Of a stretch of 54,610 nt of DNA, positions 41,117-50,223 are shown piece by piece; positions within the stretch are counted from its first letter, which is position 1; each line of letters begins with the position of its first letter. The stretch comes from a virus. Its lineage: Duplodnaviria > Caudoviricetes. The position numbers and the translations under genes were made by a program. Below the pieces are notes generated by a model. That model did no database searches. It saw nothing but the letters and a program-made list of their open reading frames with translations, and was not told the DNA's origin. The stretch lies in IMG/VR virus record IMGVR_UViG_3300018910_000023, positions 1-54,610 of that record, one strand, 5' to 3'.

Positions 41117-41517
41117 TTAAATTCCTTCCATAATTCGAATTTTTTCAGAGTCGAAACTTCCGATCTGCTTTTTCTTTTTAGAATCCTTATAACAGAACAC
41201 CCTGACGATATACGTGCCACTGCCTAACTTTCTCCTCACAGACACCATACTCCCTCCACTGTATAAACCGGTGTTCGTCCATTTATAAATATGGGCTGTG
41301 TAATGAAACTTTGAGCTGCCTTTCTTTTCAATCTTCCAGTCAGCCGTTGAAGCTCTTGCGCTGTAAGTGCTGGCATCAGTATACACTCGCACACTCGCAC
41401 TGTATACCCATTTCTAGTTTGCCAGACGGACCATGCAGCCTCGGCTGTTACTGTTGATGCAAAGAGTCCAATCGTCGTTATTCCGACAAACACCTATGGC
41501 ATAATTATTTTTCTCAA
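41117..41517 (-). pseudogene. Inactivated secreted protein gene
   Basis: Signal peptide with TAG at 41494-41496; 8-bp duplication at 41385-41400 splits two track ORFs. Confidence 0.8.
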
Positions 41518-41533
41518 TCTTGATCACTCCATT

Positions 41534-41737
41534 TTAAAAAAGTTCGTAATCATCAAATCTGACTCTGAAAATCTTACCTTTTGTTGTTTCAACAACAGTA
41601 GAACCATGTTCCACAGCTTGATATTTTTTCACCTTGCCGCTATGTCCATCAAGCACAAGGAGAGTCACTTTTCCTTTTTCAACTTGCTCTGTAAAAGTTA
41701 GATCTGAATTAACGTCTACTTCTTTTCCTCTAGCCAA
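41534..41737 (-). CDS. xtrA: XtrA/YqaO family protein
   Basis: GKV.LLVLDG..G......EHG.T.VET.KGK..RV. Confidence 0.82.
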   Translation of the reverse strand: MARGKEVDVNSDLTFTEQVEKGKVTLLVLDGHSGKVKKYQAVEHGSTVVETTKGKIFRVRFDDYELF

Positions 41738-41764
41738 GCAGGACGCCCCCCTGTATAATAAATT

Positions 41765-41812
41765 TGTTGGGATTTACATACGTACCGGGGCAAACTGCTT
41801 CGGCTTTTTTAT
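41765..41812 (+). ncRNA. Putative short antisense RNA upstream of xtrA
   Basis: TAGCCA-17-TATAAT promoter and ccggggc..gcttcgg-ctttttt terminator. Confidence 0.45.
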
Positions 41813-41869
41813 TTCTAATTTCAAAGTCATAGAGGAGGACGGCTTGTCCATCCTTTATACAACGTTTGG

Positions 41870-42547
41870 TCAGGCAGCTCCGTGTTCCTCATCTTCCTGG
41901 TCATCCTGATTGTCGTTCCCAGTAGAAAAGTCTTCTTCAGCCGGTGTTTCGTTTTCTTGTTTGAACAGCGGCTCCGCTTCTGCGTCCTGGTCTTGCTTCC
42001 AGTCCCACCATGTATCTGCAAGCGGCGCCACTTTCGCGAAATATTGATCCATTAGATCAACAATTTTGCCTGAAGATATTTTAAGTTCAGACGCCAATTT
42101 GCTATAGGATTCACCTTCAATTTTGCGCTTTACGAAATTAGGAAAGTCGCTCGGAAATTCCTCGAAATTAGGCGCCATTCCGCTGGTGATAAACTCCTCT
42201 ATAATGGCTCGTTCAATCTGTCGTTTTTCTTTTTTGGTTGGAATGTTTTCTTTAGGCAACCCAAGCTCAGCCTCAAGTTGTTCGGGCTGCGGCTCAACCT
42301 CTGATACTACTCCATGCTGATCAACCTTATAGCTGGTTGTGGGTTTGTTCGTGTTAGGATTGATTTCAACGTTATAATTGATGAGTGTCGATTCCAGTTG
42401 GGATTCCACTTTTTGATCAATCATTTCAGAAAGGTGTTGAATCTTCCCGTCTAAATCCGCGCTATTAACCTCCAAGGTAATTTCCGTTAAGCCCTTCGGT
42501 TTCATATTCACCTTTTTTACGATTGCTTTGAAATCAATGAAAGACAT
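41870..42547 (-). CDS. Hypothetical phage protein with HTH-like C-terminus
   Basis: 225-aa ORF in early operon; GESYSKLASEL. Confidence 0.78.
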   Translation of the reverse strand: MSFIDFKAIVKKVNMKPKGLTEITLEVNSADLDGKIQHLSEMIDQKVESQLESTLINYNVEINPNTNKPTTSYKVDQHGVVSEVEPQPEQLEAELGLPKENIPTKKEKRQIERAIIEEFITSGMAPNFEEFPSDFPNFVKRKIEGESYSKLASELKISSGKIVDLMDQYFAKVAPLADTWWDWKQDQDAEAEPLFKQENETPAEEDFSTGNDNQDDQEDEEHGAA

Positions 42548-42975
42548 AATTGTTCCTCCTCCTGGGATAATGGGGTGACTTTAATTTCAATTCTTGGTTT
42601 CTCGCTATAAAACTTACTGACGTGCAAATCAACAATTTGGCTGTCATCTTGCCATAGCACTTTGTTAAGGCCGTCCTTGATACCCTTGATATAGTTATCA
42701 ACGTCCGGCTTTTTGCTGGGCCGGAGCTCCCCTCTTTCAGCTGCAGCGGCCTTTTTCTTGCTAAAACTCTTAAGAGTCGATTTATAAACCTTTACTTCTA
42801 ACTCCAACGGTCCTTTGAATAGATTAGGAGGGCGATGATCAGAAGCGGCTAATTTCACATACTGCTTGAAATCTCTTGATTTCTTAGGGTCATACATCCG
42901 CACCATTCCGTTTATAGTCGTCGCACGGGGACGACCTTGCGCAACTGGTTCTCCGTAAATCGTGAATTCAATCAT
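42517..42975 (-). CDS. rusA: RusA-family Holliday junction resolvase
   Basis: KPDVDN..K...D.L....W.DDSQIV. Confidence 0.93.
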   Translation of the reverse strand: MIEFTIYGEPVAQGRPRATTINGMVRMYDPKKSRDFKQYVKLAASDHRPPNLFKGPLELEVKVYKSTLKSFSKKKAAAAERGELRPSKKPDVDNYIKGIKDGLNKVLWQDDSQIVDLHVSKFYSEKPRIEIKVTPLSQEEEQLCLSLISKQS

Positions 42976-43112
42976 TTCTGTGGCTCTCCTATTCTGATAA
43001 ATAATGTGAGTGGAAGAAAGGTCAATCTGACCAACCTCATTCCGTTGACTAAATGAATTTCAAAGCCGATGTTCCAATTCAAAAGCACGATTGCAAGGAA
43101 AAACCTCGGCAT
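42972..43112 (-). CDS. Small hypothetical protein (46 aa)
   Basis: Coupled by TAATG and ATGA overlaps; MPRFFLAIVLLNWNIGFEIHLV... Confidence 0.6.
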   Translation of the reverse strand: MPRFFLAIVLLNWNIGFEIHLVNGMRLVRLTFLPLTLFIRIGEPQK

Positions 43113-43372
43113 TATCTCATGACCTCCCGGCGTCGCTCTGTCAGTTCGTCAAACCATTTTTCATCCCCCAAATCCAAGGCAATATCAATGAGCACCTGAA
43201 AATCTTTGTCCCTTAGTCGTTCATCGAGTTTCGTTACAGAATGGATAGAAACTCGCGATAGAGTGCCAGAAGGAATTTGGACTAGAAGCACATCTTGCGC
43301 TTTGTCCACTACAAATGCATTTCCTTTGTATTTCCGTGTACTTATATAAATCCAATCGCCAATTCTAATCAA
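43112..43372 (-). CDS. IDEAL-domain protein
   Basis: LIDIALDLGDEKWFDEL. Confidence 0.8.
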   Translation of the reverse strand: MIRIGDWIYISTRKYKGNAFVVDKAQDVLLVQIPSGTLSRVSIHSVTKLDERLRDKDFQVLIDIALDLGDEKWFDELTERRREVMR

Positions 43373-43378
43373 TAACCT

Positions 43379-43480
43379 CTACCTCCCGTCATCAGATAGC
43401 CAGCTATGAATCTTTGAATCTTCTCTTCTGGCATGAATGATAATAAATGCTAAACATCGTAGTGATTGAAACATTCTCAT
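43379..43480 (-). CDS. Small hypothetical peptide (33 aa)
   Basis: TGATG coupling; MRMFQSLRCLAFIIIHAREEDSKIHSWLSDDGR. Confidence 0.45.
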   Translation of the reverse strand: MRMFQSLRCLAFIIIHARREDSKIHSWLSDDGR

Positions 43481-43674
43481 CAATCTCCCGCCTCGCTTAA
43501 CATTTTACGGCCAAGATCACATTTCACTTTTATGTGAAGCCGCTCAATATCTGCCAGTGATAACTCATAGAGCTGTCGTCCGTCACCTGATTCATATTGA
43601 CCGTATCGTATCAGTTCATCTATCAAATTATTATGCCGATCGCTGACGGGGTCTACTGCTGATTGATCAATCAA
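43480..43674 (-). CDS. FbpA-like small protein
   Basis: LI..LI..G.Y...GRQLYELSL..IE. Confidence 0.75.
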   Translation of the reverse strand: MIDQSAVDPVSDRHNNLIDELIRYGQYESGDGRQLYELSLADIERLHIKVKCDLGRKMLSEAGD

Positions 43675-43690
43675 AATTATCTATCCCTTC

Positions 43691-44995
43691 TTATCCAACC
43701 AAACCGGCATCCATCTTCCTGGCAAGGTTTATGAATCTTCCGTATTCCTTGATAAAGCTGGCTTGTATCATGCCAGTTGGACCGTTTCGCTGCTTGGCAA
43801 GATCAATTTCAATAATGTTTTTTAGTTCAGAATTTTTGTTGTAGTAATCATCGCGGTAAAGAAACATGACGACATCGGCATCTTGTTCGATGCTTCCGGA
43901 CTCCCTTAAATCAGACATCATTGGCCGCTTATCCTGCCGCTGCTCTACCGCCCTGGATAATTGAGAAAGAAGAATGATCGGGATCTTGAATGCTCGGGCC
44001 ATTTCCTTCAATTCCGCAGTAATACTCCCGACCTCTAAGTCCCTTCTTTCATACTTCCCTATAGCTCTGATAAGCTGCAGATAGTCGATGATGACCAAAT
44101 GCTTTTGGTTATCCGGATTTTCTTTTTTCGTCTTTCGAATTTTTGAACGTATATCTGCCAGTGTTTGAGCAGGTTGATCGTGAATGTTGATATTCCATTT
44201 TTCATATTCTCCAATGGCTTTCGTTGCATTCTCATAATCGCGGTCACTAAAGAACTTTCGAGGGTTCTTCCACTTCGATCCCTCGATGTTCCCCAGATTG
44301 CTGAGCAGGCGGTGAGTCAATTGCTTGTCCGGCATTTCAAGTGAAAATATGTCGGTCACTCCGCCTTTCTCACAATTTGATTTCCCCATGTGTAATGCAA
44401 AAGCGGTTTTTCCCATCGATGGGCGGGCGGCTAACACAATTAAATCGTCATTCTGCCAGCCGCCTGTCATAGCGTTCAAATCGATTAATCCAGTGTTGAT
44501 GCCCGTGATGTCCTCCTTCTCTTCGTGCATGTCATTGTAAATCTCCATGAGGACATCCTGTTTCGTTCGAGTTTTTTCAATGCCGATTTCCTGAAGTTCC
44601 ATTGCTCGTTTGTACAGCTCCGTGATACCGTCGTCGGTCGGAGTGTTTGCGAATTCAATTGCGATTTTTTTCATTTCTCGTAATCTATAAGCTTCGTAAA
44701 TCAATGTCTGATAGGCCAAGAAATTGGCGGTGCTGGCCACTGCACTACCTAAGTCAGTTAAATATTGAAGGCCGCCTACTTGTTCAACGGAATCGCCTAA
44801 TTTTGTAACCGTGGTGACCATATCAACGGACTTCCCGAGCTTTTCAACCTCACGCATGGCATTAAAAATGATTTGATGTCTCGTTTCAGAAAAATGCTCG
44901 GGCTGCAGAGACAATTCTTTAATCAAGTCACTTTCTACGAGAATGCAGCCGAGCAGAGCCTGTTCAGCCTCAACGTTTTGGAGAATATTTTGCAT
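43691..44995 (-). CDS. dnaB: Replicative DNA helicase (DnaB family)
   Basis: AARPSMGKT, FSLEM, IDYLQL, LSQLSR, DLRESGSIEQDAD, KQRNG. Confidence 0.96.
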   Translation of the reverse strand: MQNILQNVEAEQALLGCILVESDLIKELSLQPEHFSETRHQIIFNAMREVEKLGKSVDMVTTVTKLGDSVEQVGGLQYLTDLGSAVASTANFLAYQTLIYEAYRLREMKKIAIEFANTPTDDGITELYKRAMELQEIGIEKTRTKQDVLMEIYNDMHEEKEDITGINTGLIDLNAMTGGWQNDDLIVLAARPSMGKTAFALHMGKSNCEKGGVTDIFSLEMPDKQLTHRLLSNLGNIEGSKWKNPRKFFSDRDYENATKAIGEYEKWNINIHDQPAQTLADIRSKIRKTKKENPDNQKHLVIIDYLQLIRAIGKYERRDLEVGSITAELKEMARAFKIPIILLSQLSRAVEQRQDKRPMMSDLRESGSIEQDADVVMFLYRDDYYNKNSELKNIIEIDLAKQRNGPTGMIQASFIKEYGRFINLARKMDAGLVG

Positions 44996-45251
44996 TGCGT
45001 TCCCACTCTTTCTGTTTTGCTAAAAATTCGTTTTTCTCTGGCTGTCTGACTTTAATCTCAGCAATAGATGGTGGAAATCGATTATTTAAAATGTGCTCGT
45101 CCACTTTCGCGAGAACCGGCTCATATGGCAATTTGGTAAGATGATCAATCCAGAGTTCAATTCGCTTTTTACCAACAACACCGGTTAAATCAAATTTTGT
45201 ATAAGCAGCAGCTATTCTTTGCAGGATCTCCATTGCCTGGTTCACTTCCAC
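44970..45251 (-). CDS. Helicase loader/inhibitor (G39P-like)
   Basis: W...L....Y.......H......FPPSIAEI. Confidence 0.82.
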   Translation of the reverse strand: MEVNQAMEILQRIAAAYTKFDLTGVVGKKRIELWIDHLTKLPYEPVLAKVDEHILNNRFPPSIAEIKVRQPEKNEFLAKQKEWERNAKYSPKR

Positions 45252-45253
45252 GT

Positions 45254-46066
45254 TTATCCCCCCATCTGAATGCCGTGCTCTCTGGCGTATTCGGCCAATG
45301 CATCGAAGCTGTTTTGTTTTTTCTTATTAGGGAACTCTTTGACATTCGATTGCTGACGCTGAAGCTTGGCCCATCGATCAAGAATGCCTTTTTCACAGTA
45401 AGCAAAAGATTTGATGGTGTCGGCACGATGTTTCGGCTTGTACTCATCGAATATTTCATCAATCCATTTCAAGATATATTCCAAAGGTATTTTGTCTTTA
45501 AGAAGTCGATTGATCGACTGAGCATCCATAGGCGATAAAAACAAGCTACCTTTCCGCTGCAGAAATTTGTTTTCAATTTGTTGAAAAGCTAAGAGTTTCT
45601 CTTCCTCTTCTTCTCTTCTTAAATTCTTTAATTCTTGTTTTTGTTCCGCGATCGTTCCGTGATCGTTCTGCGGTCGTTTCGTTAAAGGTTCATTATCCGT
45701 TTCGTGAAACGATTCATCTGTGTGGTTAACACCTTGATACAATTGATATTTAACGATGGTAAACAGCGTTCCACTATCCGTTTCGCTAACGGTGATCATT
45801 CCATTTTTCACGAGTTTTTTCACAGAACGTAAAATGGTGCTTTTTGAGACTTTTTTAAACGCCCGTCCTTCTTTAAATTCAAGGTCGTCACATAATTTTG
45901 AATAGGATCTTATATACTGACCTTTTTTCAGCTCGATACCGTTAATTTTTATTCCGTCCTGATGACTTGCCTTTAGCAGAAGTAATGTGAACAACCGAAA
46001 TGTCGTTACATCACTCCATATCTCATGATCAACTATCTTCCGGTGCAGCTTAATCCATCCCTGCAC
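45254..46066 (-). CDS. Phage replication initiator (DnaD-like C-terminus)
   Basis: GWIKLHRKI N-terminus; Y..GIL..W motif. Confidence 0.85.
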   Translation of the reverse strand: MQGWIKLHRKIVDHEIWSDVTTFRLFTLLLLKASHQDGIKINGIELKKGQYIRSYSKLCDDLEFKEGRAFKKVSKSTILRSVKKLVKNGMITVSETDSGTLFTIVKYQLYQGVNHTDESFHETDNEPLTKRPQNDHGTIAEQKQELKNLRREEEEEKLLAFQQIENKFLQRKGSLFLSPMDAQSINRLLKDKIPLEYILKWIDEIFDEYKPKHRADTIKSFAYCEKGILDRWAKLQRQQSNVKEFPNKKKQNSFDALAEYAREHGIQMGG

Positions 46067-46067
46067 G

Positions 46068-46256
46068 TCAATCTCCTCCTTTCTGTTTACAAAGAGCTGT
46101 CATGCCGCTGATGCGGACTAAATATAAATTAGGTTCACTTGCCCTTAAGTATCCCTCAACATAGGCGCGGAACAATTCAGCCCGGTTAGGGGCCCCTTCC
46201 GTCATCCACTTGTAACAGAAGGGAATTGTAACCTTAATCATCGAATGGGAACTCAT
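46068..46256 (-). CDS. Hypothetical protein
   Basis: Coupled ORF between recT and the initiator. Confidence 0.7.
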   Translation of the reverse strand: MSSHSMIKVTIPFCYKWMTEGAPNRAELFRAYVEGYLRASEPNLYLVRISGMTALCKQKGGD

Positions 46257-47154
46257 CCTGTTTGATGTCTACAGGTTCGCCATCGAATGGATCGGCGGTG
46301 TCCTGCACGCTCGTTTTTTCTTGATTATCTTTTTGTGTCTGTTCTGGCTCAGGATCATCGATAACCGGGCTATCCCCACTTATAAGAAAATTTTCATCAT
46401 CATAGACAGACCGTGCTTCAGCCGTTATATCCTTCCTGACTGTTTCATCCTGAGTAACTTGTTTTTGAATCTCTATGCTGATCGGCAGGTACTTCCACAT
46501 ACGCCGAATTACTGTTTTCTTTGCCATTTCTTCATAATCGGTTTTCCATGGGCCGTTATCTTTCGATTTACTCCGTTTACGTACATTTTCAATATCCTGC
46601 TTACTGAACACCTCGAATTGATACCCGCCGTCTTTAAAATGAGCGACGGCATAAACATGAGTCATTTCCCCTTTTTGTCCTGTAGCAGGTTTATGAACCA
46701 ATTTAGGGTGCAGTCCCAATTCATAATCGAATGTATCCGCTTCATGGACAGTGTGGGCGTATATGCTTTGGATATGTCCTGAGCGCCTGGCAAGATCAAT
46801 CATGCCTTTGTAACCAATTATGAACTGCACTTCTCGTCGTTTTTCTTTGTTGTTCCAAAACGGGACAAAGTAGCAATGCCCTACTAATCCGGGTTCAAGC
46901 CCTAACTGTGCAGATTGCATAACTGCACCAAGTAATGAACCTGGGGAACATTCTTGCAAAGCAGGATTGGTTCTTATAGTGGTTAATGCAATACGTGTGA
47001 TTCGTTCCGGCGTAATATGTTCCGGCAAAGCTTTTTGAAGCTCCGGCTTCATATCTTCCAGATAATCCGCAATTGTTCTGGGTTTCTCCGTTTCTTTTTG
47101 AACGGCATTAGCTTTATTCGCTAACTGATTACGAATGTCTGCGTTTTTAGCCAT
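46234..47154 (-). CDS. recT: RecT single-strand annealing protein (YqaK-like)
   Basis: LGLEP..YFVPF..QFIIGYKG..EMAKKTVIR. Confidence 0.94.
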   Translation of the reverse strand: MAKNADIRNQLANKANAVQKETEKPRTIADYLEDMKPELQKALPEHITPERITRIALTTIRTNPALQECSPGSLLGAVMQSAQLGLEPGLVGHCYFVPFWNNKEKRREVQFIIGYKGMIDLARRSGHIQSIYAHTVHEADTFDYELGLHPKLVHKPATGQKGEMTHVYAVAHFKDGGYQFEVFSKQDIENVRKRSKSKDNGPWKTDYEEMAKKTVIRRMWKYLPISIEIQKQVTQDETVRKDITAEARSVYDDENFLISGDSPVIDDPEPEQTQKDNQEKTSVQDTADPFDGEPVDIKQDEFPFDD

Positions 47155-48097
47155 TTGCTTTAATCTCCTTTAAACTGAATCTTCTATAAGGCTTAGGTTT
47201 ATTGAATTTCGCAAAGAGCTCAGGGTATTCAGCAGCAAACGCCTTTGTATCAAAACGATTGGCCGTGACAGTTTTCCAAATGACTCGGACATTGCTAGCA
47301 TTCCCGGTCTCATACTCCCCGAGCATCCCCTTTAATTGGTTTTCTGCTTCTTTCAGCTGTTCTTTGGCTTTTTTCTCTTCGACCTTGGCCTCTTTATAGC
47401 GCTCAATCAACTCATTTGCGGCAAGAGGAAGCTCTTTCTCAGCCTCAAAGCCAACAGGATACATATGAGTTAAAAGCTCTGTGGAAGCCTCAGAACCATC
47501 AAACATAGGTGGAATCTCATTCAGGACATGGTTTTCCCAAAATTCCTTTTCAACCTGAATGAGGTATTTGATAAGCTCTTCGTCCCGTTCTACCTTCTTA
47601 TAAACGAATTTGTTTCCGCCGATTAAAACAGCAATCCACCAAGCTTTAAAACCTGTCACCGCCATATAATGCTGGCATTGGACCAGGTAAGCGTCCGGAA
47701 CTTCCTCACCATCCCACTCGTTCTTGAGGTATTCTGACGCCGTTTTACATTCTAGACCCACTTGTTCACCAACAATGAGCCTGTCAACATTGGCAAGCAT
47801 AAAAGGATAATCAGGATGCTGCAGAATGGCCTTGCGACGGCGTACCTTTTTACCCGTCCGCTTTGAAAACTCTCGGGCAACCGTCTCCTCGAGAATATTG
47901 CCCCAATATGCTGCCTCGCCTGATGAGTCCTCTTTCGGAGCCTGCCCAACCTTATCCAGATAGACAGACATTGATGTTTTCCACTTACTCAGCCCGGCAA
48001 TGGCCGCGGCGTCAGATCCACCGATACCCGCTCGCCGCGCTTCAAGCCATTGTTCCTCTGTCATGTTCTCTGTTGGCATGTAAACCTGTGCCAGCAT
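47147..48097 (-). CDS. yqaJ: YqaJ lambda-type exonuclease
   Basis: WLE.RR.GIGGSD, ANVD, LECKT, QCQHYM. Confidence 0.94.
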   Translation of the reverse strand: MLAQVYMPTENMTEEQWLEARRAGIGGSDAAAIAGLSKWKTSMSVYLDKVGQAPKEDSSGEAAYWGNILEETVAREFSKRTGKKVRRRKAILQHPDYPFMLANVDRLIVGEQVGLECKTASEYLKNEWDGEEVPDAYLVQCQHYMAVTGFKAWWIAVLIGGNKFVYKKVERDEELIKYLIQVEKEFWENHVLNEIPPMFDGSEASTELLTHMYPVGFEAEKELPLAANELIERYKEAKVEEKKAKEQLKEAENQLKGMLGEYETGNASNVRVIWKTVTANRFDTKAFAAEYPELFAKFNKPKPYRRFSLKEIKANG

Positions 48098-48276
48098 CAA
48101 ACATCCACCCTTCCACGGAAGCTATTCAACTGAAGGTAACGGTCAAATTGTTCCTTTGTATCGAACTGGAAAGCAGGTTTTCGATCTTTCACAGTGATTA
48201 CACCCTTTACTTCTGATAAACGCCATTGATCAAATCGATCTGAACTAAAACTAATGATTCTATATGGTTTTGCCAT
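48097..48276 (-). CDS. Small hypothetical protein (59 aa), absent from ORF track
   Basis: RBS aaggagg; MAKPYRIISFSSDRFDQWRLSEVKG...; TGATG coupling to yqaJ. Confidence 0.7.
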   Translation of the reverse strand: MAKPYRIISFSSDRFDQWRLSEVKGVITVKDRKPAFQFDTKEQFDRYLQLNSFRGRVDV

Positions 48277-48324
48277 GTATTGAAACCTCCTTGTTTTTCA
48301 TGAGGCATTTTGATAAACTATCAT

Positions 48325-48396
48325 CAAGAATATTGTGTATTGTGAAAGAGACCTCAAGCCCTTTCACCACCCACTTGTGCAGAGTGGGCTTTTTTT
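48325..48396 (+). ncRNA. Putative short antisense RNA in the early operon
   Basis: TTGTTT-17-TAAACT with extended TG; terminator cccact..agtggg-cttttttt. Confidence 0.45.
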
Positions 48397-48610
48397 ATTT
48401 GCCGGTATAAAATTCAAATGCAAGCTCCTCTTTTAAGTAGCGCGGCAGGTTATCGATAAAGATGATTTCGCCTTGATTTTTATCAAAGACATAATCATCA
48501 TGAGCCAGCGATACCTCTTCACCATAGAAATCCCTGACTTTCTCATCCTCTTTCGGAACTGACGCGGGATAGCCCGTACGCTCAATTTGAGTGATGATTG
48601 GATGATCCAT
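48395..48610 (-). CDS. yqaI: YqaI-like protein
   Basis: HPIITQIERTGYP; DFYGEEV; YLKE. Confidence 0.78.
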   Translation of the reverse strand: MDHPIITQIERTGYPASVPKEDEKVRDFYGEEVSLAHDDYVFDKNQGEIIFIDNLPRYLKEELAFEFYTGK

Positions 48611-48622
48611 TCGATTTCCCCC

Positions 48623-48817
48623 TTACAATTTGTGTTTGTCTAATGTCTCGGAAAGTTCGCGGGCGATCTCTTCTAATGCACCCTGAAGCAAAGTGATGTC
48701 GTCTGAATCAGATAGCAACTCAGCTTTGGTCTTCGCTACACAGATCGCCATACGTAGTTCTCCAGCAACTTTTGTTGCATGAAGCAATTCCTCTACAGAA
48801 TCAAATGCTGCACCCAT
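48623..48817 (-). CDS. Hypothetical protein
   Basis: RBS gaaggtg before ATG 48817; the upstream ORF extension lies in an RNA hairpin. Confidence 0.6.
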   Translation of the reverse strand: MGAAFDSVEELLHATKVAGELRMAICVAKTKAELLSDSDDITLLQGALEEIARELSETLDKHKL

Positions 48818-48837
48818 AATTTCACCTTCTTTCTGAT

Positions 48838-48926
48838 GCTTGCGCGCATCGTCACAGCCAGGGACGGTAAATGGAGGGTATACAAATGGAATGGATACGT
48901 CCCCAGCCATGACGACAAGCACAAGC
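48838..48926 (-). ncRNA. Long stem-loop RNA with anti-SD loop
   Basis: About 26 bp of stem with several G-U pairs; 31-nt pyrimidine-rich loop. Confidence 0.55.
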
Positions 48927-48952
48927 TGGCTTGCCGATTTTCAAATAAAGCT

Positions 48953-49144
48953 TTATAATAAATTCGTCCAGTAGTTTTTATGGCGAAAGCAGTGAGCGTG
49001 GTGGCTTGCTGCTTTTCTCCTTAAGTATCCTTTTATTTCTGCCTCTATCATTAAAAGCCCCGCTGGATTTTCTCTCGCTTTCCTACACTGCACACGAACA
49101 TCCGAAACCTTCTTTAATCCACTTACAGTAAAAACAAAGTTCAC
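48953..49144 (-). CDS. Hypothetical protein
   Basis: GTG start with RBS aaagga directly after the yqaH-like gene. Confidence 0.6.
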   Translation of the reverse strand: MNFVFTVSGLKKVSDVRVQCRKARENPAGLLMIEAEIKGYLRRKAASHHAHCFRHKNYWTNLL

Positions 49145-49411
49145 TTAAAACATCCTTTCCAATTTTTCGATTAGTTCTGTAGGAGATTGAGACTGTCCCA
49201 TAATCTTCATAGCATCTGAAAATGTCCGCTTGTTTTCTCTCAATCTCTTAAGCTCGTTATGGGATTTTTGAATATCTTTAATAAAACGTTCCGCTTTTTT
49301 TGAATCCCCTTGATGTATAGCTTTAACGAGCATTTTTGATAATTCTTCGATACAAATTACTTCAGCAACCATTCTTTTCAAATCTGACCTAAAAAGTTGA
49401 TTAGCTGTCAT
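49145..49411 (-). CDS. yqaH: YqaH-like protein
   Basis: N.LFRSDL..CIEEL; skin synteny. Confidence 0.65.
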   Translation of the reverse strand: MTANQLFRSDLKRMVAEVICIEELSKMLVKAIHQGDSKKAERFIKDIQKSHNELKRLRENKRTFSDAMKIMGQSQSPTELIEKLERMF

Positions 49412-49935
49412 TTCGTAATCAATCCTCGGGTTAAAAGCTTAAGCTTGTGCTTACTCCACATCTTTAACCAGTTAATCGAATATTCTTTGCAGATCACTGC
49501 AACAAATTGAGTAAGTGCAGTTATAACATCAAGACACTCTTGAATTGTTTTTTCGATAGATGTTTTATCTGTAACAGAATCAGGTTTAATCGTGAAGATT
49601 TCCATATGCTCTTTTAAAGAATCGATTGCATCTGTCATTTGAATAGTTGATTGTACAGCAGCTGTCATACGATTAACCTCAGCAGCAGGGCCATCTAATC
49701 TAATTGGCCCCCACCCTGAATACTCAGAAGCTGCCTCAATAGCTGACCACGGATCATTATGCTTTTCACTAAAGTACTCGGTCACCTCTGGTTGAACCCG
49801 GTGCCGGCCGTTTTCTTGATGGGATATAGACTCCCTTGACATAAATAAATCGTCTTCCATTGCCATTCGCTGCTGCGTTAGTTTTGCGTCTTTCCTTGAG
49901 GTTTTGGCAGCTTGTGATGCCCTACCAAATTGCAT
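49408..49935 (-). CDS. yqaG: XRE-family HTH regulator (YqaG-like)
   Basis: LTQQRMA..SRESISHQENG; W.KH..KL C-terminus. Confidence 0.8.
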   Translation of the reverse strand: MQFGRASQAAKTSRKDAKLTQQRMAMEDDLFMSRESISHQENGRHRVQPEVTEYFSEKHNDPWSAIEAASEYSGWGPIRLDGPAAEVNRMTAAVQSTIQMTDAIDSLKEHMEIFTIKPDSVTDKTSIEKTIQECLDVITALTQFVAVICKEYSINWLKMWSKHKLKLLTRGLITK

Positions 49936-50002
49936 TACTAATCGCTCCTTTTCTACCTTTGTCATATTTATTTTTTTGATAAGCTATTAACAGAAAGGAT
50001 TA

Positions 50003-50194
50003 CTAAACAACTTTTGTTTCAATGAGTGCATTAATTAATTCAGTGTATAACTCAGATACAGGCTTTTTATGTTCCCCCCAAATGCGGATATACTTAATTG
50101 CTTTCTCTGGATCGCAGTAAGACAACTGAGCAATTTTTGACGGGATAGCCATTCTCTTTTTGAGAAACTCTGGATCAACAGGAAGTTGATTCAC
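50003..50194 (-). CDS. Hypothetical protein
   Basis: RBS agaggtg before GTG. Confidence 0.65.
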   Translation of the reverse strand: MNQLPVDPEFLKKRMAIPSKIAQLSYCDPEKAIKYIRIWGEHKKPVSELYTELINALIETKVV

Positions 50195-50223
50195 TTGATC
50201 ACCTCTTTCATAGTTATTTAAAG

